From an uncultured Deinococcaceae bacterium (GTDB taxonomy: Bacteria > Deinococcota > Deinococci > Deinococcales > Deinococcaceae), in assembly GCA_964252075.1 (NCBI GenBank), contig CAXULY010000009.1:32001-96000 (forward strand): a DNA stretch of 64,000 bases, read 5' to 3'. The notes under the pieces were generated by a model. The model was not told the origin of the DNA and searched no databases. It was given only the letters and a program-made list of their open reading frames with translations. Below are positions 33,637-42,477 of this stretch, piece after piece. The position numbers were made by a program, and so were the translations under genes. Numbering within the stretch: position 1 is the first letter of the stretch; each line of letters begins with the position of its first letter.

Positions 33637-34263
33637 TCAGTCGAAGTCGGTGGGCCACTCGGGGTGGCGTGCGTGCTCGAACATGCGCCGCACCTGCTCG
33701 GCGTTCACGCGCCCGGTGGAGAGCGGCGGTAGGTCGTCCTGCGCGAAGAACGCCACCTCGCTCGTCTCCAGGCTCGCCTCTGCCGCGCCGCCCAGCAGCT
33801 CGCAGCGCACGAAGACCTTGTACACACTCCAGAAGTCCGGCGGGTGCGCGTGCTTGCCCTTGTCCAGCACCGCGAGGAGCTTCACAGGCCGCACCACGAA
33901 ACCCGTCTCCTCCAGCGTCTCGCGCGCCGCCATCTCACCGGGGCCCTCGCCAGGGTCCGCCCAGCCGCCCGGCAGGGACCAGCGGCCGTCCTCCCGCTCG
34001 CGCGCCATCAGGATGCGCCCGTCCTGGAACACCACGGCGCGCACATCCACCTTCGGGGTGGCGTAGCCCTCCTCCAGCCGCAGGGCGCGCCACGCGGACT
34101 CCACCGGCGTGACCGTGACGGACGCGAGCATCTCGGCGGCGAGGCGCTGAATCTCGCGGTAGCGTTCCTGGTCGTAAGGGTCCCTCGCGTACGTGAGGCC
34201 CGCCTGCGCGATGGAATGCAGGCGCCGCGCCCAGTCCAGCGAGTGCGGGGGGTCGTTCGTCAC
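33637..34263 (-). CDS. NUDIX hydrolase with N-terminal Nudix_N domain (YjhB-like)
   Basis: SIAQAGLTY, GYATPKVDVR, PGGWAD...ARETLEETG Nudix box; GTG overlapping DinB stop. Confidence 0.9.
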   Translation of the reverse strand: MTNDPPHSLDWARRLHSIAQAGLTYARDPYDQERYREIQRLAAEMLASVTVTPVESAWRALRLEEGYATPKVDVRAVVFQDGRILMAREREDGRWSLPGGWADPGEGPGEMAARETLEETGFVVRPVKLLAVLDKGKHAHPPDFWSVYKVFVRCELLGGAAEASLETSEVAFFAQDDLPPLSTGRVNAEQVRRMFEHARHPEWPTDFD

Positions 34264-34730
34264 GTCCGCGCGCGCTGAACGGCGGTGATGATGTGGTGGC
34301 CGTCGTGCGCCAGCCAGAAGCCCAGCCACTGCGCGAGCGTCAGGGTGCCGAACGCGGCGTGCGTGCCCGTGCGCGACCACGCGCCGTCCGGAAGGGCGCG
34401 CAGCTCACCGAGCAGTCGCGCGCGCTCGGCCGCGAAGTCCGCGAGCATCTGCGCGCTGGGTTTCGCCATCCAGCCCTGCGTGCCGGGGTCCTGCTCCGGC
34501 ACGTACCGTCCGAAGGTCGGGTTGTCCTGCGCGCTGATGAGCCGCGCGCGCTCCAGGATCAGCGCGTGGAACTGCCCGAGGTGCGCGAGGTTCTCGTGCG
34601 CGCTCCACTTGCCCTCCACGCGCCGCTCGCGCAGGCGCGCCTCCGGAATGCCGCCGAAGAGTTGCGTGACCAGTGCGGCGTTCGCCTCGAACTGCGCCAG
34701 GGTGACCTGGGCGCCTGCGGGAACCGTCAT
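34260..34730 (-). CDS. DinB/YfiT-like family protein
   Basis: KWSAHENLAHL and AHDGHH His motifs; leaderless TACACT-N6-ATG. Confidence 0.85.
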   Translation of the reverse strand: MTVPAGAQVTLAQFEANAALVTQLFGGIPEARLRERRVEGKWSAHENLAHLGQFHALILERARLISAQDNPTFGRYVPEQDPGTQGWMAKPSAQMLADFAAERARLLGELRALPDGAWSRTGTHAAFGTLTLAQWLGFWLAHDGHHIITAVQRART

Positions 34731-34734
34731 GCCG

Positions 34735-35210
34735 TCAGTGTACGCGCGGGCCGTCAGGAGCGCGCACTGCCGCGACGTAGATGTGATGGCTGTCGTATGT
34801 GAGCAAAAGCCAGCAACTGCACGAGCGTCATGGTGCGCAACACCATGTGCGTGCCCAGGCGGCCTCAGGCGCCCAGCGGGAGGGCGCGCAGCTCGGAGAG
34901 TAGCCGGGCGCGGGCGTCTACGATATCCGCGAGGAGCTGTCGCAGGGGGTTCTGCACCCACGCCAGCGTTTCGGGGAGCTCATCCGGGGTGTAGCGCGGG
35001 ACGTGCGGGTTGTCCCCATCCGGCATCCAGCGCACGCGCTCGCGGATGAGCCGTGGCACTGCTCGACGTGCGCGAGGTTCTCCGGAGCCACCCACTGGCG
35101 GTCCGCTGGGCGCTGACGCAGGCGCGCGTCGGGGTGTTTGCGAAGGACCGCTGCACGAACGCGCCGTTCGCCGCGAACGGGTTGAGCGTAAGGGTCACGT
35201 CTGGGGGCAT
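34735..35210 (-). pseudogene. Decayed tandem paralogue of the DinB gene
   Basis: Stitched frames give MPPDVTLTLNPFAANGAFVQRSF..ARLRQR..QWVAPENLAHVEQCH..LIRERVRWMPDGDNPHVPRY...ARARLLSELRALPLGA*GRLGTH...TLVQLLAF..LTYDSHHI, collinear with the neighbour; about 3 frameshifts and 1 nonsense codon. Confidence 0.8.
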
Positions 35211-35274
35211 GCGCGTGGTGTGCGCCCGCGTATCACCCACCCCTCACCGCCCCGCCGGACACTGAAAGCACTCC

Positions 35275-35955
35275 ATGCGCCGCCGCCTGCTCCTGCTGCT
35301 GGTCCTCACCTCGGGCCTCCTTACCCCCACCTTCGCGCAGGCGCAGTCCCTGTCGCTGGACGCGCAGGCGCGCGGCCTGACCGCCGCGCGCATCGCGCAG
35401 GTGCGCGCGGCGGCGCAGAAGGGCAGCCCCACCGCGCAGGCGCTCCTCGCGGTCGCGTACCTGAACGGGCAGGGTGTGGGGCACGACGAGGCGCAGGCGC
35501 TCGCCTGGGCGCAGAAGGCCGCGCAGCAGGGCAACGCGGACGCCCTGAACGTGCTGGGCACCCTGTCCATCCGGGGCGTCGCGGTGCGCGGCGACCCGAA
35601 GGCCGCCGCCCGTTACTTCCAGCAGGCGGTCGGGAAGGGCAACGCGGACGCCATGAGCAACCTCGGCGCGCTGTACTACAACGGCGTGGGCGTGGCGAAA
35701 GACGCGAAGCGCGCCGTGGATCTGTACACTCGGGGCGCGCGCGAGGGCAGTGCCCTCGCCATGTTGAACCTCGCCACCGCCTACGCGGACGCGCGGTACC
35801 TGAAGCCGGACGCCGCGCGCGCCTACGCTTGGGCGTCCCTCGCGGCGGACCGAGGGAACGGCGGCGGGAACCGCCTGATGGCGCTGCTGCGCCCCAGAAT
35901 GACCGCCGCGCAACTCACGCAGGCCACCACTATCAAGGGCACGCTGCTGAAGTGA
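35275..35955 (+). CDS. Exported Sel1-repeat protein
   Basis: Signal peptide; repeated AQ.G.ADA..NLG.LY.NG.GV..D...A units. Confidence 0.88.
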   Translation: MRRRLLLLLVLTSGLLTPTFAQAQSLSLDAQARGLTAARIAQVRAAAQKGSPTAQALLAVAYLNGQGVGHDEAQALAWAQKAAQQGNADALNVLGTLSIRGVAVRGDPKAAARYFQQAVGKGNADAMSNLGALYYNGVGVAKDAKRAVDLYTRGAREGSALAMLNLATAYADARYLKPDAARAYAWASLAADRGNGGGNRLMALLRPRMTAAQLTQATTIKGTLLK

Positions 35956-35958
35956 CCC

Positions 35959-36282
35959 TCAGCCGCCCGCCTCGTAGGTGTCGGGCGGGCGCAGGAACTC
36001 GTGGTCCGGCTCGCCGGGCAACCCCATGTTGCCACCCACGAAGCGGTCGTTCAGGCTGCGCAGGGAGCGGCGCATGAACCACGTGCTGCCCTCGGCGCGC
36101 AGGTCCCTGCCGGACGCGCGGTACTCGAAGGTCTTCCCCCCGCCGGACGCTGTGAGGGCCAGGTAATCCGCGCCCGTGTGGGCCGTGACGCTCAGGCCCT
36201 CCGCGAAGTCGAAATCCCGGATGGCCTGCTGGGCGTCCGACAGGGCCTGCTCCAGGGACACGCCGCGCTCGTTCTGGGTCAT
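35959..36282 (-). CDS. Hypothetical protein (107 aa)
   Basis: GC3-rich codon usage, CATGAT-N6-ATG leaderless-type start; no recognised motif. Confidence 0.6.
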   Translation of the reverse strand: MTQNERGVSLEQALSDAQQAIRDFDFAEGLSVTAHTGADYLALTASGGGKTFEYRASGRDLRAEGSTWFMRRSLRSLNDRFVGGNMGLPGEPDHEFLRPPDTYEAGG

Positions 36283-36624
36283 GCGGCCATCATGGCGGGC
36301 CGCGCGAGTGGGGCGCCGTTACGAAAGCTTCATGCTCCCGGCACGAGGCGCTTCGCTTGACCGGGGGTGTTGTCCGTCACGAGGCCGACGCCCTCGGCGA
36401 GGAAGGCGCGGGCTTCATGCGGCAGGCGCACCGTGACGGCTTCCGGGAAAGCTTGATGTCCAGGCGGCAGCCATGTATGGAGGGGCCGTCCAGTTGGCGC
36501 ATGTCCATTTCGGTGCCGCTGTCACGCGAGACAGTCCGGTCCGTTTCAACGGGGAAGGGCGAGGAACTGCATTCCTCGCCCTTCCTATGCGGTGCTCAAT
36601 TCACCCAGGGGTTCCATCTGCGCT

Positions 36625-37613
<989 letters not shown>

Positions 37614-37617
<4 letters not shown>

Positions 37618-38339
37618 AGGGGGGCTCCTTGGGCCGCCGTGGGCTCGAAGCTCGGCAGGCTCCAGTCGTAGGTGGTGAAGGTGCGGGTGAAGGCGTCCGC
37701 GACGGCCTGCTTCAGGCGCGGCATGTCGGGCGCCTCACCCAGGCCGCGCAGGTCGTACTCGCGCGCGACGCTGGTCATCTGCGTGTCCGTGAGGCCGCAC
37801 GGCACGATGAACTCGAAGTGCGTGAGGTCCGTGCTGACGTTCAGTGCGAAGCCGTGGAAGGCCACGTTTTTCTGCACGGCCACGCCGATGGACGCGATCT
37901 TCTGGTCGAGCATCCGGCCGCCCGCCTCGCGCGGCGCGACGTACACGCCCGCGTAGCCGGGGTTCGCGCGCGCCTCCAGGCCCACGTCCGCGAGGGCCGC
38001 GACGAGGCTCGCCTCGATGAGGCGCAGGAAGTCGCGCACGCGGCGCCCCACCGGGAAGATGGTGTAGCCGACCAGCTGGCCGGGGCCGTGGTAGGTCACG
38101 TCGCCGCCGCGCTCCACCTCGTACACGCTGATGCCCAGCTTGTCGAGGTGCGCGCGCGTCACGATGATGTTCCCGCCCTCGCGCGCCTTGCGGCCCAGCG
38201 TGATGACGGGCAGGTGCTCCAGCAGCAGCAGGGTGGGCTGGCCGCCTGCCGCGACGCGCGCGTGCTCCTGGCGCTGCAGTTCCCAGGCGTCGGCGTAGGG
38301 CAGTGTCCCCGCGTCACGCACCGCAAATGACCCATCCAC
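37614..38339 (-). CDS. lipB: Octanoyltransferase
   Basis: [42 protein letters not shown]. Confidence 0.95.
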
Positions 38340-38441
38340 GCCCGCGATTCTAATGCGGTCTTCAGGCGGGGAGCAGCGACGGCGCCACAGTCCCGCGCGC
38401 GTGACGGCCGGCGCGCCCCCGGGTGGGGGCGCGCCTTGCGG

Positions 38442-38723
38442 TCAGCGGCGGTCCCTGAGGCCCAGGGGCGTGAAGCCCGCGTCCCTCAGGGTGCCCAGCA
38501 GGGCGTCGCGCGCGCCGCCGCACGAGCGGGCCTCCAGTGTGAGGTCGCCCAGGCGTGCGTGCGGCCACACCGTGACGCTCCAGCCGGGCAGGGCGGGCAG
38601 GGCGCGGCCCTCGGGCGCGATCACCTCGACCAGCAGCGTGACCGCCAGGCCGCCCGCCGCGCGGGGGGTGGGCTGGGTGGGCGGGGCGACGGGGCGCGGG
38701 GCGGGCAGTGAGCGTGCGGTCAT
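38442..38723 (-). CDS. Small hypothetical protein (93 aa) divergent from LysR regulator
   Basis: AGGAGG SD, ATG 38723, GC3-rich codons. Confidence 0.6.
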   Translation of the reverse strand: MTARSLPAPRPVAPPTQPTPRAAGGLAVTLLVEVIAPEGRALPALPGWSVTVWPHARLGDLTLEARSCGGARDALLGTLRDAGFTPLGLRDRR

Positions 38724-38800
38724 GGCGTGACCTCCTGACTCCAGTGTCCGCCGCGCGCGCGGTGGGGGCCATCGGGCGGCGGGGGCGCGTGGGGCGCCCA

Positions 38801-38817
38801 CATCGGGAAAGCCGATG
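38801..38817. promoter_or_regulatory. LysR-type recognition box (T-N11-A)
   Basis: CATCGGGAAAGCCGATG dyad in the divergent intergenic region; second CATCGGG half-site at 38770. Confidence 0.6.
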
Positions 38818-38858
38818 CCCTCCTTTTTTCGCGTCTGCGCGCGGCCTACACTGCGGGC

Positions 38859-39779
38859 ATGACCGAGAGGAACGCGCGTGTGACGCTGGCTGGACTGCGG
38901 GTGCTGGTCGCGGTGGCGGAGGCCGGGAGTTTCTCGGAGGCCGCCGCGGAGCTGGGCATGTCGCAGAGCACCCTGAGTGAGGCGGTGGCGACGCTGGAGC
39001 GCGCGGTCGGGCAGCCGCTGCTGCACCGCACGCACGGCGGGGTGCAGCCCACCCCGGCGGGCGAGCGCGCGCTGGAGCACGCCCGCAGCGCCCTGCTGGC
39101 GGTGTCGGACCTGCACCTCGCGGTGGCGGGCGAGACGGCGCTCGAAGGGACCCTGAGCATCGCCGCGTACCGCTCCATCGGCATGCACCTGCTGCCGCCC
39201 GCCCTCGCGCGCCTGCGCCGCGACCACCCGAACCTGCACGTGCGCGTGGTGGACGCCGAGTCGGACGGCTGCGGCGGCGAGCAGCTGATCCTGCGCGGCG
39301 ACGTGGACGCGGGCCTCATCGGGCTGCCCGCCACGCAGCCGCTCCTGACGTGGCCGCTCGTGCAGGACGAGTACCTCGCGGTGTTCCCCGCCGCGCGCGG
39401 CGCGCACGAGGTCAGCTGGGCGGAACTGAGGGCGCAGCCGCTGATTCTGCCGCCCGCCAGCAACACCTGTCACCGCCGCGTCGCGAGCTTCCTGCAGCAG
39501 CACGAGGTGCACGCGGGGCCCATCACGGAAGTCGGGGAGGACGACGTGATCCTCTCCATGGTGGAGCACGGCCTGGGCGTCGCGGTGCAGCCGCAACTCG
39601 CGATCATGCCGCTGCGGCCGGGGCTGGTGGCGCTGCCCCTCCCGACGCTGCTGGTGCGGCACCTGGGCCTCGCGGTGCGGCCGGGCCGCGCGGGCCTGCC
39701 GCACATCCGCGCGTTCGTGGACGCGGTGCGCGCCCAGGCAGCGACATTCGTCACCTCCGGCGCGGCGGCGGCACTCTAG
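38859..39779 (+). CDS. LysR family transcriptional regulator
   Basis: GSFSEAAAELGMSQSTLSEAVATLE HTH; substrate-binding domain. Confidence 0.93.
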   Translation: MTERNARVTLAGLRVLVAVAEAGSFSEAAAELGMSQSTLSEAVATLERAVGQPLLHRTHGGVQPTPAGERALEHARSALLAVSDLHLAVAGETALEGTLSIAAYRSIGMHLLPPALARLRRDHPNLHVRVVDAESDGCGGEQLILRGDVDAGLIGLPATQPLLTWPLVQDEYLAVFPAARGAHEVSWAELRAQPLILPPASNTCHRRVASFLQQHEVHAGPITEVGEDDVILSMVEHGLGVAVQPQLAIMPLRPGLVALPLPTLLVRHLGLAVRPGRAGLPHIRAFVDAVRAQAATFVTSGAAAAL

Positions 39780-39790
39780 ACTTCCCCGTA

Positions 39791-40789
39791 ATGCTCGAAG
39801 GTGTCTTCAAGTTGCTGGGGAACTACGGGAACCCCATTCCGCGCTTCACGGCGCAGCGCTGCCTCGTGGTGCGCCGCGCCGTGGACGGCTGCGACGCCTG
39901 CGTGCGCGCCTGCCCGCACGACGCCGTGACCATCAACGATGTGCTCACGCCCGACGTGATCATTGACGAGAAGAAATGCACCGCGTGCGGTCTGTGCGTG
40001 CAGGCGTGCCCCACGGGCGCCCTGGAGTACGACCTGCTGTCCCTGCTGGACGGCGTGCACGGCCAGGGCGAGGAGGCCAAGCTGGTGTGCTCGCAGGCGG
40101 CGACGGTGGAGGGCGGGAAGGCCACGCCGTGCCTGGCGCGCGTGACGCCCAGCGTGGTCGTCGCGGCGGGCGGCTGGGATCAGGAACTCACGCTGGTGCG
40201 CGGCGACTGCGCGGCGTGCCCGGTGGGCGGGCCGGAGGTGCCGGAGCGCCTGAACGCCGTGGTGGAGGAAGCGCAGCGGCTGCGGGAGGCGACGGGGCGG
40301 CCCGCGCGCGTCACGGTGCGGGAGGCGGACGCGCGCCAGAGCGCGCAGGAGCGCGTGACGCGCCGCGGGATCTTCGGCGTGGCGGCGCGCAGCGCGCGCG
40401 GCATGGTCGCGGATTTCATTCCGGAGAGCCCCCTGCCGTTCCTGGACTGGTCCGACCCAGAGGAGCACGTGCCGGCGGAGTGGGTGTGGCGCGCGCGCGC
40501 GCTGCGGCCCAAGCCCGCGCCGGAGACGCCCGTGTACTGGCCCGCGCCGATCGTGGATGACAAGTGCATCTTCTGCCCGGTGTGCGACAACGTGTGCCCC
40601 ACGGACGCCATCGTGCGGGAGGTGCAGGAGGACGGCGCGGTGCAGCTCTCCCTGAAACTCGCGGACTGCACGGGCTGCGGCGCGTGCGTCCGCTCGTGCC
40701 CGCCGGACGCCATGCACATGGAGGCGCAGTGGCCCGCCAAGGCCCTCGGGAACCGCGTGCTCCTGCGCGAGTCCAACGGCGCGCTGTAG
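39791..40789 (+). CDS. Polyferredoxin-like multi-[4Fe-4S] protein
   Basis: C-x9-CDACVRACP, CTACGLCVQACP, CIFCPVCDNVCP, CTGCGACVRSCP plus a central 4-Cys segment. Confidence 0.85.
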   Translation: MLEGVFKLLGNYGNPIPRFTAQRCLVVRRAVDGCDACVRACPHDAVTINDVLTPDVIIDEKKCTACGLCVQACPTGALEYDLLSLLDGVHGQGEEAKLVCSQAATVEGGKATPCLARVTPSVVVAAGGWDQELTLVRGDCAACPVGGPEVPERLNAVVEEAQRLREATGRPARVTVREADARQSAQERVTRRGIFGVAARSARGMVADFIPESPLPFLDWSDPEEHVPAEWVWRARALRPKPAPETPVYWPAPIVDDKCIFCPVCDNVCPTDAIVREVQEDGAVQLSLKLADCTGCGACVRSCPPDAMHMEAQWPAKALGNRVLLRESNGAL

Positions 40790-40869
40790 GGTCCGTCCGC
40801 TGGGGCGGCCGCCCGGGTGGGGCCTCAGCCCGCCCCGCCCCGGATGCCCTTCGCGGTACACTCGCAAGC

Positions 40870-41700
40870 GTGACTGCCGCCCTTCCCTCCCCCACCATCG
40901 GCGTGTTCGACAGCGGCGTCGGCGGGCTGTCGGTGCTGGCCGAATTGCGCCGCGAACTGCCGGACGCGCACTTCACGTACCTCGCGGACGGCCTGCACTG
41001 CCCGTACGGGGCGCTCAGCGACGCGCAGGTGCGGGACCTCACGGCGCGCGGCGTGCGGTGGCTGCTGGCGCGCGGCGTGCAGGCCGTGGTGATCGCGTGC
41101 AACACCGCGTGTGCGTTCAGCCTGCATGACCTGCGCGCGCAGCTCGGTGAGGCGCACCCGGTGATCGGGCTGGTGCCTGCGGTCAAGCCGGCGGTCGCGC
41201 GCTCGCGCAGTGGGGTGGTGGCGGTGCTCGCGACGCCCGTGACCCTGCGCGGCACGCTGCTGGCGGACGTGGAGGCGCGCTTCGCGGCGCCGGCGGGCGT
41301 GCGGGTGCTGCACCTCAGCCACCCGGACCTCGTGCCGCTGGTGGAGCGCGGCGAGCTGGATTCGCCCGCGACGCGCGCGGCGCTGCGTGAGGTGCTGCAG
41401 CCCGCGCTGGAGGCGGGCGCGGACCAGCTGGTGCTGGGCTGCACGCACTTTCCCTTCCTGGCGCCGGCCATCCGTGATGTGTTCGGGGCGCGCCTGGAGT
41501 TGAGTGACTCGGGGGCGGGCGTGGCGCGCCAGACGCGGCGGGTGCTGGCGGAACGCGGGTGGCTGGGGGGACCCGGCGTGGGGGGTGTGGAGGTCTTCAC
41601 GACGGGCGACCCGGCGCTGTTCGCGCCCGTCATGGCGCGCCTGCACGCGGCCCTGCCGGTGCGGCGCGCGGACCTCGGCGTGGTCCTGGAGGGCGCGTGA
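40870..41700 (+). CDS. murI: Glutamate racemase
   Basis: FDSGVGGLSV, PYG, ACNTA, LGCTHFP. Confidence 0.95.
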   Translation: MTAALPSPTIGVFDSGVGGLSVLAELRRELPDAHFTYLADGLHCPYGALSDAQVRDLTARGVRWLLARGVQAVVIACNTACAFSLHDLRAQLGEAHPVIGLVPAVKPAVARSRSGVVAVLATPVTLRGTLLADVEARFAAPAGVRVLHLSHPDLVPLVERGELDSPATRAALREVLQPALEAGADQLVLGCTHFPFLAPAIRDVFGARLELSDSGAGVARQTRRVLAERGWLGGPGVGGVEVFTTGDPALFAPVMARLHAALPVRRADLGVVLEGA

Positions 41701-42425
41701 CGCGCGCGGCGGGCCTGCCCGCACGGCAGGAGCGTGGGCTGCTGGACCCCAGGCCGCTCGTGGTGCGGCGCGGCGTGAACGCGTACGCGGAGGGCAGCGC
41801 GCAGCTGGAGCTGGGGCGCACGCAGATCCTCGCGACGGTGACGGTGGAGCACAAGGTGCCGCCGCACCAGCGCGGCAAGAAGACCGGCTGGCTGATGGCG
41901 GAGTACAACCTGCTGCCGCGCGCGACGCACGAGCGCCTGCCGCGCGAGCGCGCCCTGCAGAACGGGCGGCGCCAGGAAATCCAGCGCCTGCTGGGGCGCG
42001 CCTTCCGCACGGCGGTGGACCTGACGCCCTTCCGCGACAAGACGCTCATCATTGACTGCGACGTGCTGCAGGCGGACGGCGGGACGCGCGTGGCGAGCGT
42101 GCTGGCGGGGTACGCGGCGCTGTGGGACTTCTCGGACCGCCTGGTGCGCGCGGGCACCATCAGCGAGTGGCCGCTGAAGCACGAGCTGGGCGCGGTGAGC
42201 GTGGGCCTGGTGGGCGCCGAGCTGCGCCTGGACCTGGATTACGCGGAGGACATGCGGGCGAGCGCGGACCTGAACGTGGTCGCGACGGCGGATGGGCACA
42301 TCATTGAGGCGCAGGGCGGCGCGGAGGGCGAGCCGATCACGCCCGAGCGCTACGCGGAGCTGCTGTCGGCGGGCCTGGAGGGCGTGCGGCGCCTGCTCAC
42401 GGACCTGCACCGCCAGCTGCGGTGA
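41697..42425 (+). CDS. rph: Ribonuclease PH
   Basis: AEGS, AEYNLLP, EIQRLLGR, DCDVLQADGGTR; overlaps murI stop. Confidence 0.92.
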   Translation: MTRAAGLPARQERGLLDPRPLVVRRGVNAYAEGSAQLELGRTQILATVTVEHKVPPHQRGKKTGWLMAEYNLLPRATHERLPRERALQNGRRQEIQRLLGRAFRTAVDLTPFRDKTLIIDCDVLQADGGTRVASVLAGYAALWDFSDRLVRAGTISEWPLKHELGAVSVGLVGAELRLDLDYAEDMRASADLNVVATADGHIIEAQGGAEGEPITPERYAELLSAGLEGVRRLLTDLHRQLR

Positions 42426-42477
42426 GCCGCGGGCAGGGGCGGGGCCGCGCGGCCCCACCCCTACCTTTTGGTGGCGC

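Noticed and set aside
36319..36335. Second RDRM candidate TTACGAAAGCTTCATGC
   Set aside because: Only the left arm partly matches; right arm lacks the terminal AA
36330..36600. Minus-strand fragment VTVRLPHEARAFLAEGVGLVTDNTP, faintly like a phosphodiesterase C-terminus; + strand ORF 36357-36656
   Set aside because: No start or continuous frame and similarity too weak to call; at most a remnant
40354..40380. VTRRGIFG as a functional Tat signal
   Set aside because: Internal to the protein with no following hydrophobic helix; mentioned only as a relic within the polyferredoxin finding
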